From a virus (taxonomy: Duplodnaviria > Caudoviricetes), in IMG/VR virus record IMGVR_UViG_3300044723_007969: a stretch of DNA of 64,000 nt; one strand, 5' to 3'. A program made the position numbers and the translations under genes. Under the pieces are notes generated by a model, which saw nothing but the letters and a program-made list of their open reading frames with translations, ran no database searches and was not told the DNA's origin. Shown piece after piece: positions 8,273 through 17,615 of this stretch (its first letter is position 1; every line of letters starts with the position of its first letter).

Positions 8273-8536
8273 ATGCTCGTGCGTACAATCGTGATCTATT
8301 GCCTAATGATCGTGTGTGCGATCGCTTTCCATGAGAACACGTTCGCTGTTTTCCAACTCAGGGAGGAGTTGCAGATGTTGTACATGAACATGTGGGAGTT
8401 GCTACATCAATTGGAGTATGTGACGGCGGATCAACGCCCGGTGGTGTACTCGGACATCCAACACATACAGTCAGAGATCCAGCGTGTGACGGATCTACTG
8501 GTTGAGCATGATCAAAGCCAACATCCGCTACCCTAG
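8273..8536 (+). CDS. hypothetical secreted/coiled-coil protein
   Basis: TAAATA 8262-8267 before ATG; hydrophobic N-terminus. Confidence 0.65.
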   Translation: MLVRTIVIYCLMIVCAIAFHENTFAVFQLREELQMLYMNMWELLHQLEYVTADQRPVVYSDIQHIQSEIQRVTDLLVEHDQSQHPLP

Positions 8537-8558
8537 TACTAGGGCCCAGGGTGTGGCG

Positions 8559-9245
8559 CTACCATTGCCAATCTTTTGGTGATAATTTTCTTAGATCCCT
8601 GTCAATTGGTGGTAACACCATGGTTTCTACCGTGATGGGATTGTTGCGGTGGTGCCAGATGCTGTCCTTGGTCCATTGGCTGTGTTTTGTGTAGTCCAGT
8701 TCTGTCAGGGCCGTGTGGACCTCTGCCCTGGTGAATTTGTCTTCCACGACTATCCATGGATGAAATTTAGTAATTGTGGCGGATGCTCCCTTGATGGCGG
8801 ATGTCTCGTGCCCCTCGACGTCGAATTTTATCATGCCCGGCGGGGGTAATGTCATGTCGTCGATTTTTCTAATGTCGACCGTCGTGCTGTCGGCACTCTT
8901 GTTTTTTATCACATGATTCCCGGGCGATTGGGCTTTGGTGGTGAAATGTGCTGTGCCGTTGTAATCACCCACCGCGACATTGAAAAGTTGTTTGGGTCTC
9001 GAATTCCACCGGATGTACTTGTTGAGAGCAGGATTTGGTTCAAAACAGTAGACATCCACGTCAAATTGATTGCACAACCAAGCATGTACACCGATGTTGG
9101 CACCCACGTCGAAGTACGTCTTTGTTGTGAGCAACGGCAGTAGCATGCCTATAGCATAAGTGACATTGTGTCTATTCTTGGTCCAGGTTTTTTTTGGATC
9201 TTCACAGTCACGATGGAAAATATTTTGATACAGGGATTCCCGCAT
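8559..9245 (-). CDS. FkbM-family SAM methyltransferase
   Basis: FDVGANIG, FEP and IKFDVEGHE motifs. Confidence 0.88.
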   Translation of the reverse strand: MRESLYQNIFHRDCEDPKKTWTKNRHNVTYAIGMLLPLLTTKTYFDVGANIGVHAWLCNQFDVDVYCFEPNPALNKYIRWNSRPKQLFNVAVGDYNGTAHFTTKAQSPGNHVIKNKSADSTTVDIRKIDDMTLPPPGMIKFDVEGHETSAIKGASATITKFHPWIVVEDKFTRAEVHTALTELDYTKHSQWTKDSIWHHRNNPITVETMVLPPIDRDLRKLSPKDWQW

Positions 9246-9534
9246 AATTGATATTTACCTCAAAAAAAGGTCTAGCACGCCCTAGGGCGGGCCAAAAACC
9301 CCATCGGGACCTGTACCGGCAGTTGCAAAAATTTACGCACAGGAAAAAATAACGGTAGCATACCCGGTCGGGGGCATGTTATAATTGCCCTGTATCGGAT
9401 ACGTGGCAACCATGGGTGACTGGATGCGAGAGTGGAAGTCACCCAACGCCATGCACGACCTCCGGTGTGATAACTGCGGGTCTAGGCCGCATGCTCCATA
9501 AATACGCTAGTAAACTTGCAAGGAGAATTTAACA

Positions 9535-10449
9535 ATGAATGACAAGAAGAAACTAACATGGCTACTGTTCCACGAGCCAGCTGAACTGTTCATTAGGACT
9601 GCCGAGCATTTCGGTGAAGAGATCAACAAGTTGACCGGTGACAAATACGAGATAGAGATTTTAAAACTGGACGAATACAACGACATGTACAACAACGGCA
9701 AACCCACCGATCCCATGGCTGAACTGAGGGCAGGAAGGGTGCAGATGAGTCAACTCTACACCAACTCGCTGGCACAGATGGATGCCACGGATTTCTTCGC
9801 ACTGGCGTTGCCATTCCTATTCAAGGATCACGACCACTGCACTAGGGTGCTGGAGGGCGAGATCGGAGATGAGTTGAGATCACACGTACACGACAAGCTG
9901 AACGTGAGGAGCCTGAGTTTCACTTACTCGGGTGGTTACAAGTGCATGGCATCAGACAAGCCAGTGGTGACAGTCGAGGACTTCGCCAGCATGACCGCCA
10001 AGTACGTTAGATCACCAGTGTTCGCGGAAACGTTCAAAGCGTTGGGCATGAGTTCCAAGGACTCTGACGCCAACACAACACAGACCACTCTACCGAGATA
10101 CCACGTGGAAGCGTCGGCATCACAGAAGCACGTGATCAACACAAACCACTCAATGTACCTGACCACCATACTCATGAACGACGAGATGTGGCAAGGGATG
10201 AGCGTTGACGAACAAATGAATTTCAAGGAAGCGGCCAAGATCTGTGCGAGAGCAGAGAGGATCAAGAGTGTGGCTGACGCTGACGAGATCAAGAACGACG
10301 TGAGCAAACAGGCCGAGAGAGGCATCGAGAGCATAGGTGACCTGTCAGAAGCCGAGTCAGAGAAACTGCGTGCCAAGTTGGTCCCAGTGACTGACAAGTT
10401 CGCCAAGTTCTTCGGCAATGACCTGGTAGACAGAATCAGAAAATCATAG
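9535..10449 (+). CDS. TRAP transporter substrate-binding protein (DctP-like), no signal peptide
   Basis: F.EEI.KLTG..YEIEI, LRAGRVQM, LPFLFKD.DH pattern of DctP family; SD AAGGAG. Confidence 0.8.
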   Translation: MNDKKKLTWLLFHEPAELFIRTAEHFGEEINKLTGDKYEIEILKLDEYNDMYNNGKPTDPMAELRAGRVQMSQLYTNSLAQMDATDFFALALPFLFKDHDHCTRVLEGEIGDELRSHVHDKLNVRSLSFTYSGGYKCMASDKPVVTVEDFASMTAKYVRSPVFAETFKALGMSSKDSDANTTQTTLPRYHVEASASQKHVINTNHSMYLTTILMNDEMWQGMSVDEQMNFKEAAKICARAERIKSVADADEIKNDVSKQAERGIESIGDLSEAESEKLRAKLVPVTDKFAKFFGNDLVDRIRKS

Positions 10450-10462
10450 TAAACTCGTGCGT

Positions 10463-11071
10463 ATGCATGACTTCGCGGTAACGGACAGCAATTCAAAGGA
10501 ACACAGTTTTGCCGACGTTATCGGCACGGAGCCGGTGATTGTCGCACACGCCTGCGTCCCGGCGGGTGAGATAGGACTCTACAAATACATGCACAGCCTC
10601 GGCCACCGGGTGGTCCTGGTGTCGAGCGGCAACAACCCCATGCTACACATCATGATGGCCGCACACGACCTAGCTGTAGAGACCTACAACGATCCCGGAT
10701 GCACTCTCGTGTCATGGGCGAGGGAGGAATGGTCACTGCAACCCGCGGTGAAGGACCTAACGAAACTGTTGCGATGTCAGATGCTGTGTGTGGACGGTCG
10801 GGTCACGCATTCATGGAGACAACCCATGTCGTGGCGGGAGTTTCTGTCGGACAGGCAGATGGTTAAGGACTTCCATGCAAAATTTGGAGTAGGGGGCGTG
10901 CTGTGGATGAGGGAGCAGGACAAAGACGATCAATCACTGTGGAGCACACCCGGCATAGCGGCCTACCCCAGATCGATGTTCACACCCAACAGGGACGTGG
11001 AGGAGTTCATGAAACAACATAAACTGATGCCCAACAAAGAGCTAGAAGACATGCTAGCCAACCTGTCCTGA
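10463..11071 (+). CDS. hypothetical protein, possibly redoxin-fold-derived
   Basis: N-terminus DFAVTDSNSKEHSFAD resembles AhpC/redoxin starts; weak. Confidence 0.55.
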   Translation: MHDFAVTDSNSKEHSFADVIGTEPVIVAHACVPAGEIGLYKYMHSLGHRVVLVSSGNNPMLHIMMAAHDLAVETYNDPGCTLVSWAREEWSLQPAVKDLTKLLRCQMLCVDGRVTHSWRQPMSWREFLSDRQMVKDFHAKFGVGGVLWMREQDKDDQSLWSTPGIAAYPRSMFTPNRDVEEFMKQHKLMPNKELEDMLANLS

Positions 11072-11152
11072 CACATACGTGTCCTAGTGGCACACATCCA
11101 GTTATAACAGCATATTTGGTCCACGGTGCGACCCAACATTAAATACCCTTAT

Positions 11153-11557
11153 ATGTCACACCCCACAACAGTATCACTGACCGTGAGAGCACGATTCTCA
11201 CAGGCACAGACGGCACCCGGGGTCAAGATGAGACTGGGGGACAGCAGAGCAGAACACCAATTCACGCAGGACCAGGAACAGCACAGGATCACAGTGACGG
11301 CGGACCTCGAGGAGGGACAGCACACGGTGTTCTTGCACTACAAGTCCACGGCGGACGCACAGGGCACACTGGAGGTAGTGCAGATGCACATACAGGGAAT
11401 GCCCATGGGCAGACCCATGTACGATGGCGTATACCACAGATGGGATGAACCCAACAATGAGATTCAAGGGGAACTGAACATGACACACCCGGGCACATGG
11501 AGATACAACATAGGCGTACCGGCACACACCAATCACTACGGAGTTGGATTTGCCTAA
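11153..11557 (+). CDS. hypothetical beta-rich protein
   Basis: TAAATA 11140-11145 before ATG 11153. Confidence 0.7.
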   Translation: MSHPTTVSLTVRARFSQAQTAPGVKMRLGDSRAEHQFTQDQEQHRITVTADLEEGQHTVFLHYKSTADAQGTLEVVQMHIQGMPMGRPMYDGVYHRWDEPNNEIQGELNMTHPGTWRYNIGVPAHTNHYGVGFA

Positions 11558-12410
11558 CACACTGGACACATGGAACGAACACATGGATCCAGCACACCTG
11601 CGATCGATGGCACAACACGTGTGGGGACCAGACGCGACAGCCATGGTGGAGAACCATGAACCACAGGACGCACTGCTGATGAAGTACCAGCACAACATAG
11701 TGGACATGGAACAGGCAATCAAAGGCAAGCGGGTCTTGGACATAGGTTGCAACCACGGATTATGGAGTTACATGGCACACAGGCACGGCGCCGAACACGT
11801 GGTGGGACTGGAACCTCGCGGCATGTTCACAAAAGGACTGAACGCTTTCGCCCAGGAACACGCACTGCCCATGGAGTTTGTGCAGGGCTATGACACAGAC
11901 GCAGGCAGACTGATAGAACAACACAGCATAGACACAGTGCTGTTGATGAGCCAGGAGAGCCTGGTACAGTGGGAGAGACTGATGTATGACATACGAAACT
12001 CCGGTGTGGAATGGATCATAATGCAGACGGCGGCGTTCCCAGACGAATGGTTACAACCAAGCGATGAGTTGAAACAGTGGATAGACCAGCACAAGGACAA
12101 AGAAGCCAAGGGCTACACTGTACAGTACAGGGTGCCCAACGCCACAGTGCGTTCAGGACTAGACCCAGTGGCCAAGGACAAGGTAGACCCCGACACAGGG
12201 TACAGGCTGACTGACAGCGGACAGCCAGAGCCAAACGAAGTTTCCGAGATAAGGTGGACCAAGAGCAGAGGTTACATAGAGAACTTCCTGGCACACGCAG
12301 AATTCGAAACAGTGAAAGTCACAGCACAGGACGAAGAAGTCAAGCAGACAGTGGGATCGGACGCACTGCTGAAACTGATGCAATGGTGGTTGATAAGGAA
12401 CAAGAGATGA
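11544..12410 (+). CDS. class I SAM-dependent methyltransferase
   Basis: GKRVLDIGCNHG and VVGLEP motifs; start codon uncertain. Confidence 0.85.
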   Translation: MDLPNTLDTWNEHMDPAHLRSMAQHVWGPDATAMVENHEPQDALLMKYQHNIVDMEQAIKGKRVLDIGCNHGLWSYMAHRHGAEHVVGLEPRGMFTKGLNAFAQEHALPMEFVQGYDTDAGRLIEQHSIDTVLLMSQESLVQWERLMYDIRNSGVEWIIMQTAAFPDEWLQPSDELKQWIDQHKDKEAKGYTVQYRVPNATVRSGLDPVAKDKVDPDTGYRLTDSGQPEPNEVSEIRWTKSRGYIENFLAHAEFETVKVTAQDEEVKQTVGSDALLKLMQWWLIRNKR

Positions 12411-13993
12411 AATTCTTCATATCAAACAAGACAGAGACGGGCAACAAGTTCGGCAAGTGGCACTACTTCGCTGACAGCAAGTGTAGGATTACCAGACATG
12501 GTGGAGACATGTTCATATACTTTGGGTACCTCATAGACGGCGACCTAGAAACAAGGATAATCGAGGACTTCGACACGCTGGCTAGAGCAAACGGCTCATT
12601 TACCGCGATCCGACTATCACCAGACAGGATGGATGTGATCGTGGACTACTTCGCGAGGTACAAAGTGTTTGCACACCAAAAGGACGAACTTATTGAGATA
12701 ACAAACAACTTTGGTCTGCTGTCATTAGCAAGGAAAGACATAGATGTTGTAGAATCAAACAAAAGGATGTCTGTACCCGATGAATACACAGCACGTCCAC
12801 ACCTGACCAATCAACGTGCCGGCTCTTGGACAGACTACACACTAGACCTACAAGGAAGGTCAGCAAGGGAGTATGAACCGGCCGCACATACGAACATATT
12901 CAAAAATGTTTATTTGCTGGAACCAGGCACACAGTTGACTGCAACAGATAATGTATATAGAACTAAACTGGTAGATCATCACAGAGACTTCAGTGATGCA
13001 TTCAAGCAAAAATCCAAGTTTGACAACGCGACACAACTGGAAGATCACATACACGAGTGCATGAACAACCATGCCAACAAAATTAAAAGCAAGTACAAGC
13101 ACATACACAGCACAGTGAGTGAAGGCATAGATTCTGTTTTACAGACCATGTACTTCAAAGATCAAAAGCATTCAAAATCCATGTACAAGTTCGTTCCGTC
13201 CATGGTGCCAGAACAGTACAAACAAAAAATAATAGACCACTTCAAGGACATCGAGATTGAACACTTTGATCTAAACAGATTGGACGAGTACTGCAAAGAA
13301 CTAGCACAAGATCCTAGTTGTCTTGACTTTGACACGTTGCCCACATTCAGCACAATAAAAAATTCCGCTGTCCCTATAGACATGATGATGTATGGAGCGG
13401 GAGGCGACGAAGTGTTCTTGAAGAGAAGAAAGATGATCGAAATACAGGCATTCCAACTCATTTTGCAAAACGGCAAGGAGAATTTACTGCAAAGGTACAA
13501 CGATTTCCTAAAGACACAAGACAACACATACTCCGCGAGGAGAAACATAGATACTCCAGAAGGGTTAAGGACACTGCAACAACAGTACCCATACTTAGAT
13601 TGGAGCAACGAAAAGGATGGCCTAGATCATGTCAGCAGGCAATACACTTTCCCGGAAGACATACGAGACTCGCTGATACCTCAAACACTGTATTGGACCT
13701 TATACTGTCGACAGATATCTACGGAGACAGATACAGAGATATCCAGTCTGTACCATGACTTAAACATATCATATGAAGTAATGAAGTTACCACTTGAAAC
13801 AAGACTAGCACACACGGCAGACATTGGCCTACAACGCAACATCTTGAAAAGGCACTGGAACTTTGATTTCCAAACGCCGTACAAGGACCAAGCAGTGTTC
13901 AACACCTACAAGGCGATCAAACCATATTACAAAAATTCCATTGCACACGTGCTTAAAGATAACCTCAGAGAGTTATTAGACAATGAAGGTTGA
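12407..13993 (+). CDS. asparagine synthetase B-like ATP pyrophosphatase (no catalytic Cys1)
   Basis: ATGA overlap; PP-loop SEGIDS; GAGGDEVF; NGSF..I..DYF GAT-II remnant. Confidence 0.75.
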   Translation: MKFFISNKTETGNKFGKWHYFADSKCRITRHGGDMFIYFGYLIDGDLETRIIEDFDTLARANGSFTAIRLSPDRMDVIVDYFARYKVFAHQKDELIEITNNFGLLSLARKDIDVVESNKRMSVPDEYTARPHLTNQRAGSWTDYTLDLQGRSAREYEPAAHTNIFKNVYLLEPGTQLTATDNVYRTKLVDHHRDFSDAFKQKSKFDNATQLEDHIHECMNNHANKIKSKYKHIHSTVSEGIDSVLQTMYFKDQKHSKSMYKFVPSMVPEQYKQKIIDHFKDIEIEHFDLNRLDEYCKELAQDPSCLDFDTLPTFSTIKNSAVPIDMMMYGAGGDEVFLKRRKMIEIQAFQLILQNGKENLLQRYNDFLKTQDNTYSARRNIDTPEGLRTLQQQYPYLDWSNEKDGLDHVSRQYTFPEDIRDSLIPQTLYWTLYCRQISTETDTEISSLYHDLNISYEVMKLPLETRLAHTADIGLQRNILKRHWNFDFQTPYKDQAVFNTYKAIKPYYKNSIAHVLKDNLRELLDNEG

Positions 13994-14024
13994 CCAATCG
14001 CCGGTAATCGTGTAAAATAAGACT

Positions 14025-14627
14025 ATGCCACTTACACCAATAGTAATAGAACAGACATCCAAAGGCGAAAGAAGTTACGATATTTTTAGTAGACTTCTAA
14101 AGGATAGAATCATTATGTTGGAAGGACCGATAGAAGAGAACACCGCTTCAGTGCTGTGTGCTCAACTGTTATTCTTGGAATCGCAAGATGCCTCGAAGGA
14201 TATCACACTGTATATCAATTCGCCGGGCGGACTGGTAACGGCAGGCATGGCGATATATGACACCATGCAGTATGTTAGATCAGATATACAAACAATAGTG
14301 GTGGGCCAGGCATGTTCCATGGGCTCACTCCTAGCGTCAGCGGGTACAAAGGGCAAGAGATTTATGCTACCACACGCTAGGCACATGATACATCAACCAC
14401 TGGGTGGTGCAAGTGGACAGGCCACTGACGTTGAGATCAGAGCAAACGAATTGTTGAGATGGAAACGAGAACTCACAGAGATATACGAAAAGACAACCGG
14501 ACAACCTTTACAGAAGTTAAAGGATGACATGGAGAGAGACAAGTTCATGAACGCCGAAGAGTCGGTTGCTTATGGACTTGTAGACAAGGTCATCATCAGC
14601 AGAGCCGAAGACGATAAATCACAGTAG
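14025..14627 (+). CDS. clpP: ATP-dependent Clp protease proteolytic subunit
   Basis: [26 protein letters not shown] (Ser), MIHQP (His), ERD (Asp). Confidence 0.96.
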   Translation: MPLTPIVIEQTSKGERSYDIFSRLLKDRIIMLEGPIEENTASVLCAQLLFLESQDASKDITLYINSPGGLVTAGMAIYDTMQYVRSDIQTIVVGQACSMGSLLASAGTKGKRFMLPHARHMIHQPLGGASGQATDVEIRANELLRWKRELTEIYEKTTGQPLQKLKDDMERDKFMNAEESVAYGLVDKVIISRAEDDKSQ

Positions 14628-14629
14628 CA

Positions 14630-15550
14630 ATGAAACAACCAGAGTTTGACAAGGCCGGATACAGCATCTGGGACATGGAGATATACAATCACGCATTGAC
14701 ATATCCCCTAGACAAGTTTCATCCAACAGACATTCCTAGATACATCGACGAATACGTTGATCGCTTCCCCAAATGGATAATGAGCACAAAACTTAACACC
14801 GTGGAAGGTCTGGACACCTTCCCCAACCAAGTGGTCACACACGGAACCAGCCAAGCAATGGACTGGTGGCACTACTGGTGTGAATGGAACAATCTGACCT
14901 GTAAAGTGTTTCGTGGGGAGTACCCTTATCACAAGGACCTGCGTCAAGGTGCATGTCCATTCATAGAGGACCATCCATTACAGGAAGGTGATGCACTGCT
15001 GATCAGTTTGCCATTCAGTGGCAACGGTGGCACACATGAAAGAATGCTTGAAGCGTTTGATACCTGTGATAAGTTAGGCATACCTGTGTTCATAGATGCA
15101 TGTTGGTTTGGCTGTTGCAGTGGATTGGACTTCGACTTCGCAAGAGATTGCATACAGGCGGTTGCGTTCAGCACAACCAAGAGCCTCAAAACAGATGCAT
15201 GGCGAAACGGGATGATATTCAGCAAACACAGGGTGGGTGGCATACAGAAACTCTACGAATGGCGTTGGCTGAGCAGTTTCAATCTAGCAATAGGACTACA
15301 CCAGATGAAAAGTTTCAATCCAGATTATATGGTCAACAAGTATAGCGATGTGTATCGGCGTGTGTGTTTGGACCTGAAGTTGAAGACTACCAACACGATA
15401 TTCATAGCCATGGGCGAAGGTGAGGAGTACAAGGATGAGAAGTACGACATGTACTGGCGGGACGGCACCTATTGCAGGTTCAACATACGCAATCATCTCA
15501 AGCATTTTTATAAAATTCAAAAAAAAACTGATACCCAGAAACAACAATAA
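14630..15550 (+). CDS. PLP-dependent aminotransferase-like enzyme (fold type I)
   Basis: THGTSQA, VFIDACW, FSTTK (Schiff-base Lys), RxG. Confidence 0.7.
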   Translation: MKQPEFDKAGYSIWDMEIYNHALTYPLDKFHPTDIPRYIDEYVDRFPKWIMSTKLNTVEGLDTFPNQVVTHGTSQAMDWWHYWCEWNNLTCKVFRGEYPYHKDLRQGACPFIEDHPLQEGDALLISLPFSGNGGTHERMLEAFDTCDKLGIPVFIDACWFGCCSGLDFDFARDCIQAVAFSTTKSLKTDAWRNGMIFSKHRVGGIQKLYEWRWLSSFNLAIGLHQMKSFNPDYMVNKYSDVYRRVCLDLKLKTTNTIFIAMGEGEEYKDEKYDMYWRDGTYCRFNIRNHLKHFYKIQKKTDTQKQQ

Positions 15551-15589
15551 GTACTTGCGAATAATAACTATTCGCAACTAGGAGACAAC

Positions 15590-15736
15590 ATGAGTTTTTT
15601 ACTACACGAACTGATGGAACTGGGATTGCTGATCAGCGCGATTGCGGTGACATGGGCAGTGCCGAGACCTGAATGGGTTTCTAAACTGTACACGAAGATC
15701 GCTAGGTTCTTCGGATCACAGAAGACCTTCAACTAA
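15590..15736 (+). CDS. 48-aa membrane peptide
   Basis: SD AGGAG; hydrophobic segment. Confidence 0.6.
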   Translation: MSFLLHELMELGLLISAIAVTWAVPRPEWVSKLYTKIARFFGSQKTFN

Positions 15737-15777
15737 TAGCACACTATTTCTTGCGCATCGCGAGAGTAAGTACTTTT

Positions 15778-16023
15778 ATGTACACTCTTGAGAAGCGCAA
15801 GATGATCTACATAATGACCCGCAAGCCGGTGTGGTATCACACCCACTGCTTGACGCCATGGCGGGGAACGCCACTTTGGTACGATCCCATCTGGGTGATA
15901 GGTGACTGTGAATTGTGTCGCATGGACATAGAAGCACAGGACTGGTGGAATGGCTGTTCCTACAAAAACTCACAGAAGAGATTATTTGACAACATAGAAT
16001 TGAATAAAAAGTATTGGTACTGA
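15778..16023 (+). CDS. hypothetical Trp/Cys-rich protein
   Basis: ORF track; TAAGTA box 5 nt before ATG. Confidence 0.55.
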   Translation: MYTLEKRKMIYIMTRKPVWYHTHCLTPWRGTPLWYDPIWVIGDCELCRMDIEAQDWWNGCSYKNSQKRLFDNIELNKKYWY

Positions 16024-16182
16024 TTATTTTTCGTATCTTGTGCGAGGCACGGGGCTCTTGCTGAACTGCTTCTTCTTGATGTACTTCTTGGTGCCTATCT
16101 TATAGACGACGGGTGACACGTCATACTGTTCCAGTGTGAATCGCTCATATCTCTTGTACAATCGTTTGATCCATCCAAACAT
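16024..16182 (-). CDS. 52-aa basic hypothetical protein
   Basis: SD GGAGG; read manually. Confidence 0.55.
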   Translation of the reverse strand: MFGWIKRLYKRYERFTLEQYDVSPVVYKIGTKKYIKKKQFSKSPVPRTRYEK

Positions 16183-16204
16183 CGGTCACCCTCCGTCATT
16201 GTGA

Positions 16205-16315
16205 TTACTTCTTCCAGAACATCAGTTTCTTGCCCACGTTTGCTAGGTCCTCGAACTTCTCGTTCACCCACCATCCAGCGACGAAGCCTATTACTAATCC
16301 AATTGTTAAAAACAT
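16205..16315 (-). CDS. 36-aa TM peptide (MFLTIGLVIGFVAGWWVNEKFEDL...)
   Basis: TAAATA and TAAGGAG upstream. Confidence 0.6.
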   Translation of the reverse strand: MFLTIGLVIGFVAGWWVNEKFEDLANVGKKLMFWKK

Positions 16316-16392
16316 ATAGTTCTCCTTATTTCGTTAATGGTAAACGTATTTATTCACTTTACAACGCTGTAAAATGTGCTATAATCGTTGTT

Positions 16393-16584
16393 ATGAAGAC
16401 AATTATAACAATCGCAATATCTCTTTTATTGGTAGGTTGTGCTGTTCCTTCTAACCCTAGCGTGAGTTTTGGAAAGAAATGTCACGTAAATGATGACAAC
16501 ATAACGTACTCATACGTATGGTTGTACGACAAAAATCAAGGTCTAGATGCAACAGAGGCACAGTGCGTACACCTACCTAAGTAA
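16393..16584 (+). CDS. small lipoprotein
   Basis: MKTIITIAISLLLVGC lipobox; TATAAT 16380-16385 upstream. Confidence 0.75.
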   Translation: MKTIITIAISLLLVGCAVPSNPSVSFGKKCHVNDDNITYSYVWLYDKNQGLDATEAQCVHLPK

Positions 16585-16589
16585 TTGAT

Positions 16590-16907
16590 ATGTATAAACT
16601 TCTGATCTTGGCCTATTTGATAGGCCAAGACCCCATAGCCACACAACAGACGTTCCAGATGGATCGTACGTTTGATACCATGGCAGAATGCAAGACCGAA
16701 CTGCTCAAACAGGATCCAACTCGTGGCACTTACGATGTGATGTGGGATTTCGTCAACGACATGAACTTTGACTACGACTGGCTGGCGGCCGGATGCAAGA
16801 ACGACGAGACAGGAGAGGAGTTCATCATAGAACCTACCTACCCAAAGGGCAAGCCGGATGAACTGGAAGGTCTAGACTTTGACCGTGAACCCTTTATTCA
16901 ACTTTAG
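16590..16907 (+). CDS. hypothetical protein
   Basis: ORF track; packed after lipoprotein. Confidence 0.7.
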   Translation: MYKLLILAYLIGQDPIATQQTFQMDRTFDTMAECKTELLKQDPTRGTYDVMWDFVNDMNFDYDWLAAGCKNDETGEEFIIEPTYPKGKPDELEGLDFDREPFIQL

Positions 16908-17190
16908 ATTTTTGGATGTCTTCTTCTAGTTGGTCAAACTCTTTGTTGACTTCATCTAGGTATTCTTCCTGTGTTTGGTGAGGAGCCTTCTCATCTTTGA
17001 TTCGTTGACACTCCTTGTTCCATGGAGCGAACACACAACCTATGGCCTTGCCTGCCTTGCCCATGTTGCCTATGGTCTCGATCAGGGTTGGTTGTTTTTG
17101 TTGGTCCACCACTTTTGGTTTGGCACAGGATGCCAGACCCAGCAGTAAAACCAGTAACAGCATGATTGTAAGGTCTTCGATTTTCTTCAT
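16894..17190 (-). CDS. putative lipoprotein
   Basis: LASC lipobox; TAAATA 6 nt upstream. Confidence 0.7.
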   Translation of the reverse strand: MKKIEDLTIMLLLVLLLGLASCAKPKVVDQQKQPTLIETIGNMGKAGKAIGCVFAPWNKECQRIKDEKAPHQTQEEYLDEVNKEFDQLEEDIQKSKVE

Positions 17191-17240
17191 TCTGGTTATT
17201 TACACCAGATAAGGATTTTTACATTTGGTGTTGATACAGA

Positions 17241-17420
17241 CTATTGGAACTTGTCCTTCAATGCGACTTTGCCGGCGTTCTCACCGTTCTTGATCACATA
17301 GTCTCTCGTGCCATTGGCACCCACATTCACTTCCTTGCGTAGGTTCCTGAAGAGCAGTTTCTCTTTAGACTCACGCACGAACTTGCTGATGTGTGATGTT
17401 ATTGTTTTTGTGTCTCTCAT
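17241..17420 (-). CDS. 59-aa basic hypothetical protein (MRDTKTITSHISKFVRE...)
   Basis: TTGACA...TATAAT promoter on minus strand at about 17427-17454. Confidence 0.6.
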   Translation of the reverse strand: MRDTKTITSHISKFVRESKEKLLFRNLRKEVNVGANGTRDYVIKNGENAGKVALKDKFQ

Positions 17421-17615
17421 AGTTTTATTATATAGATTATTTATGCGTTGTCAACAGGTCAGATATGCTAATATTACATACGTTCATTTATGCACGTGTA
17501 TTATGGGCCGATGTATAACTTATCCTAGATCCGTTTTACCATGCGTGTACGTGCGTCTGTGTGCGTTTAACAGGTAGACTAGACGGGGTTTATAGTGTAA
17601 TATTTTAACTGTGGC

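Noticed and set aside
9424-9433. ATGCGAGAGT resembles a stretch of bacterial 5S rRNA
   Set aside because: Only about 10 nt match and the surrounding helices do not fit 5S structure
12254-12406. N-terminal 51 aa of the ORF-track AsnB-like call
   Set aside because: Overlaps the upstream methyltransferase; ATGA coupling at 12407 with an upstream AAGGA is the more plausible start
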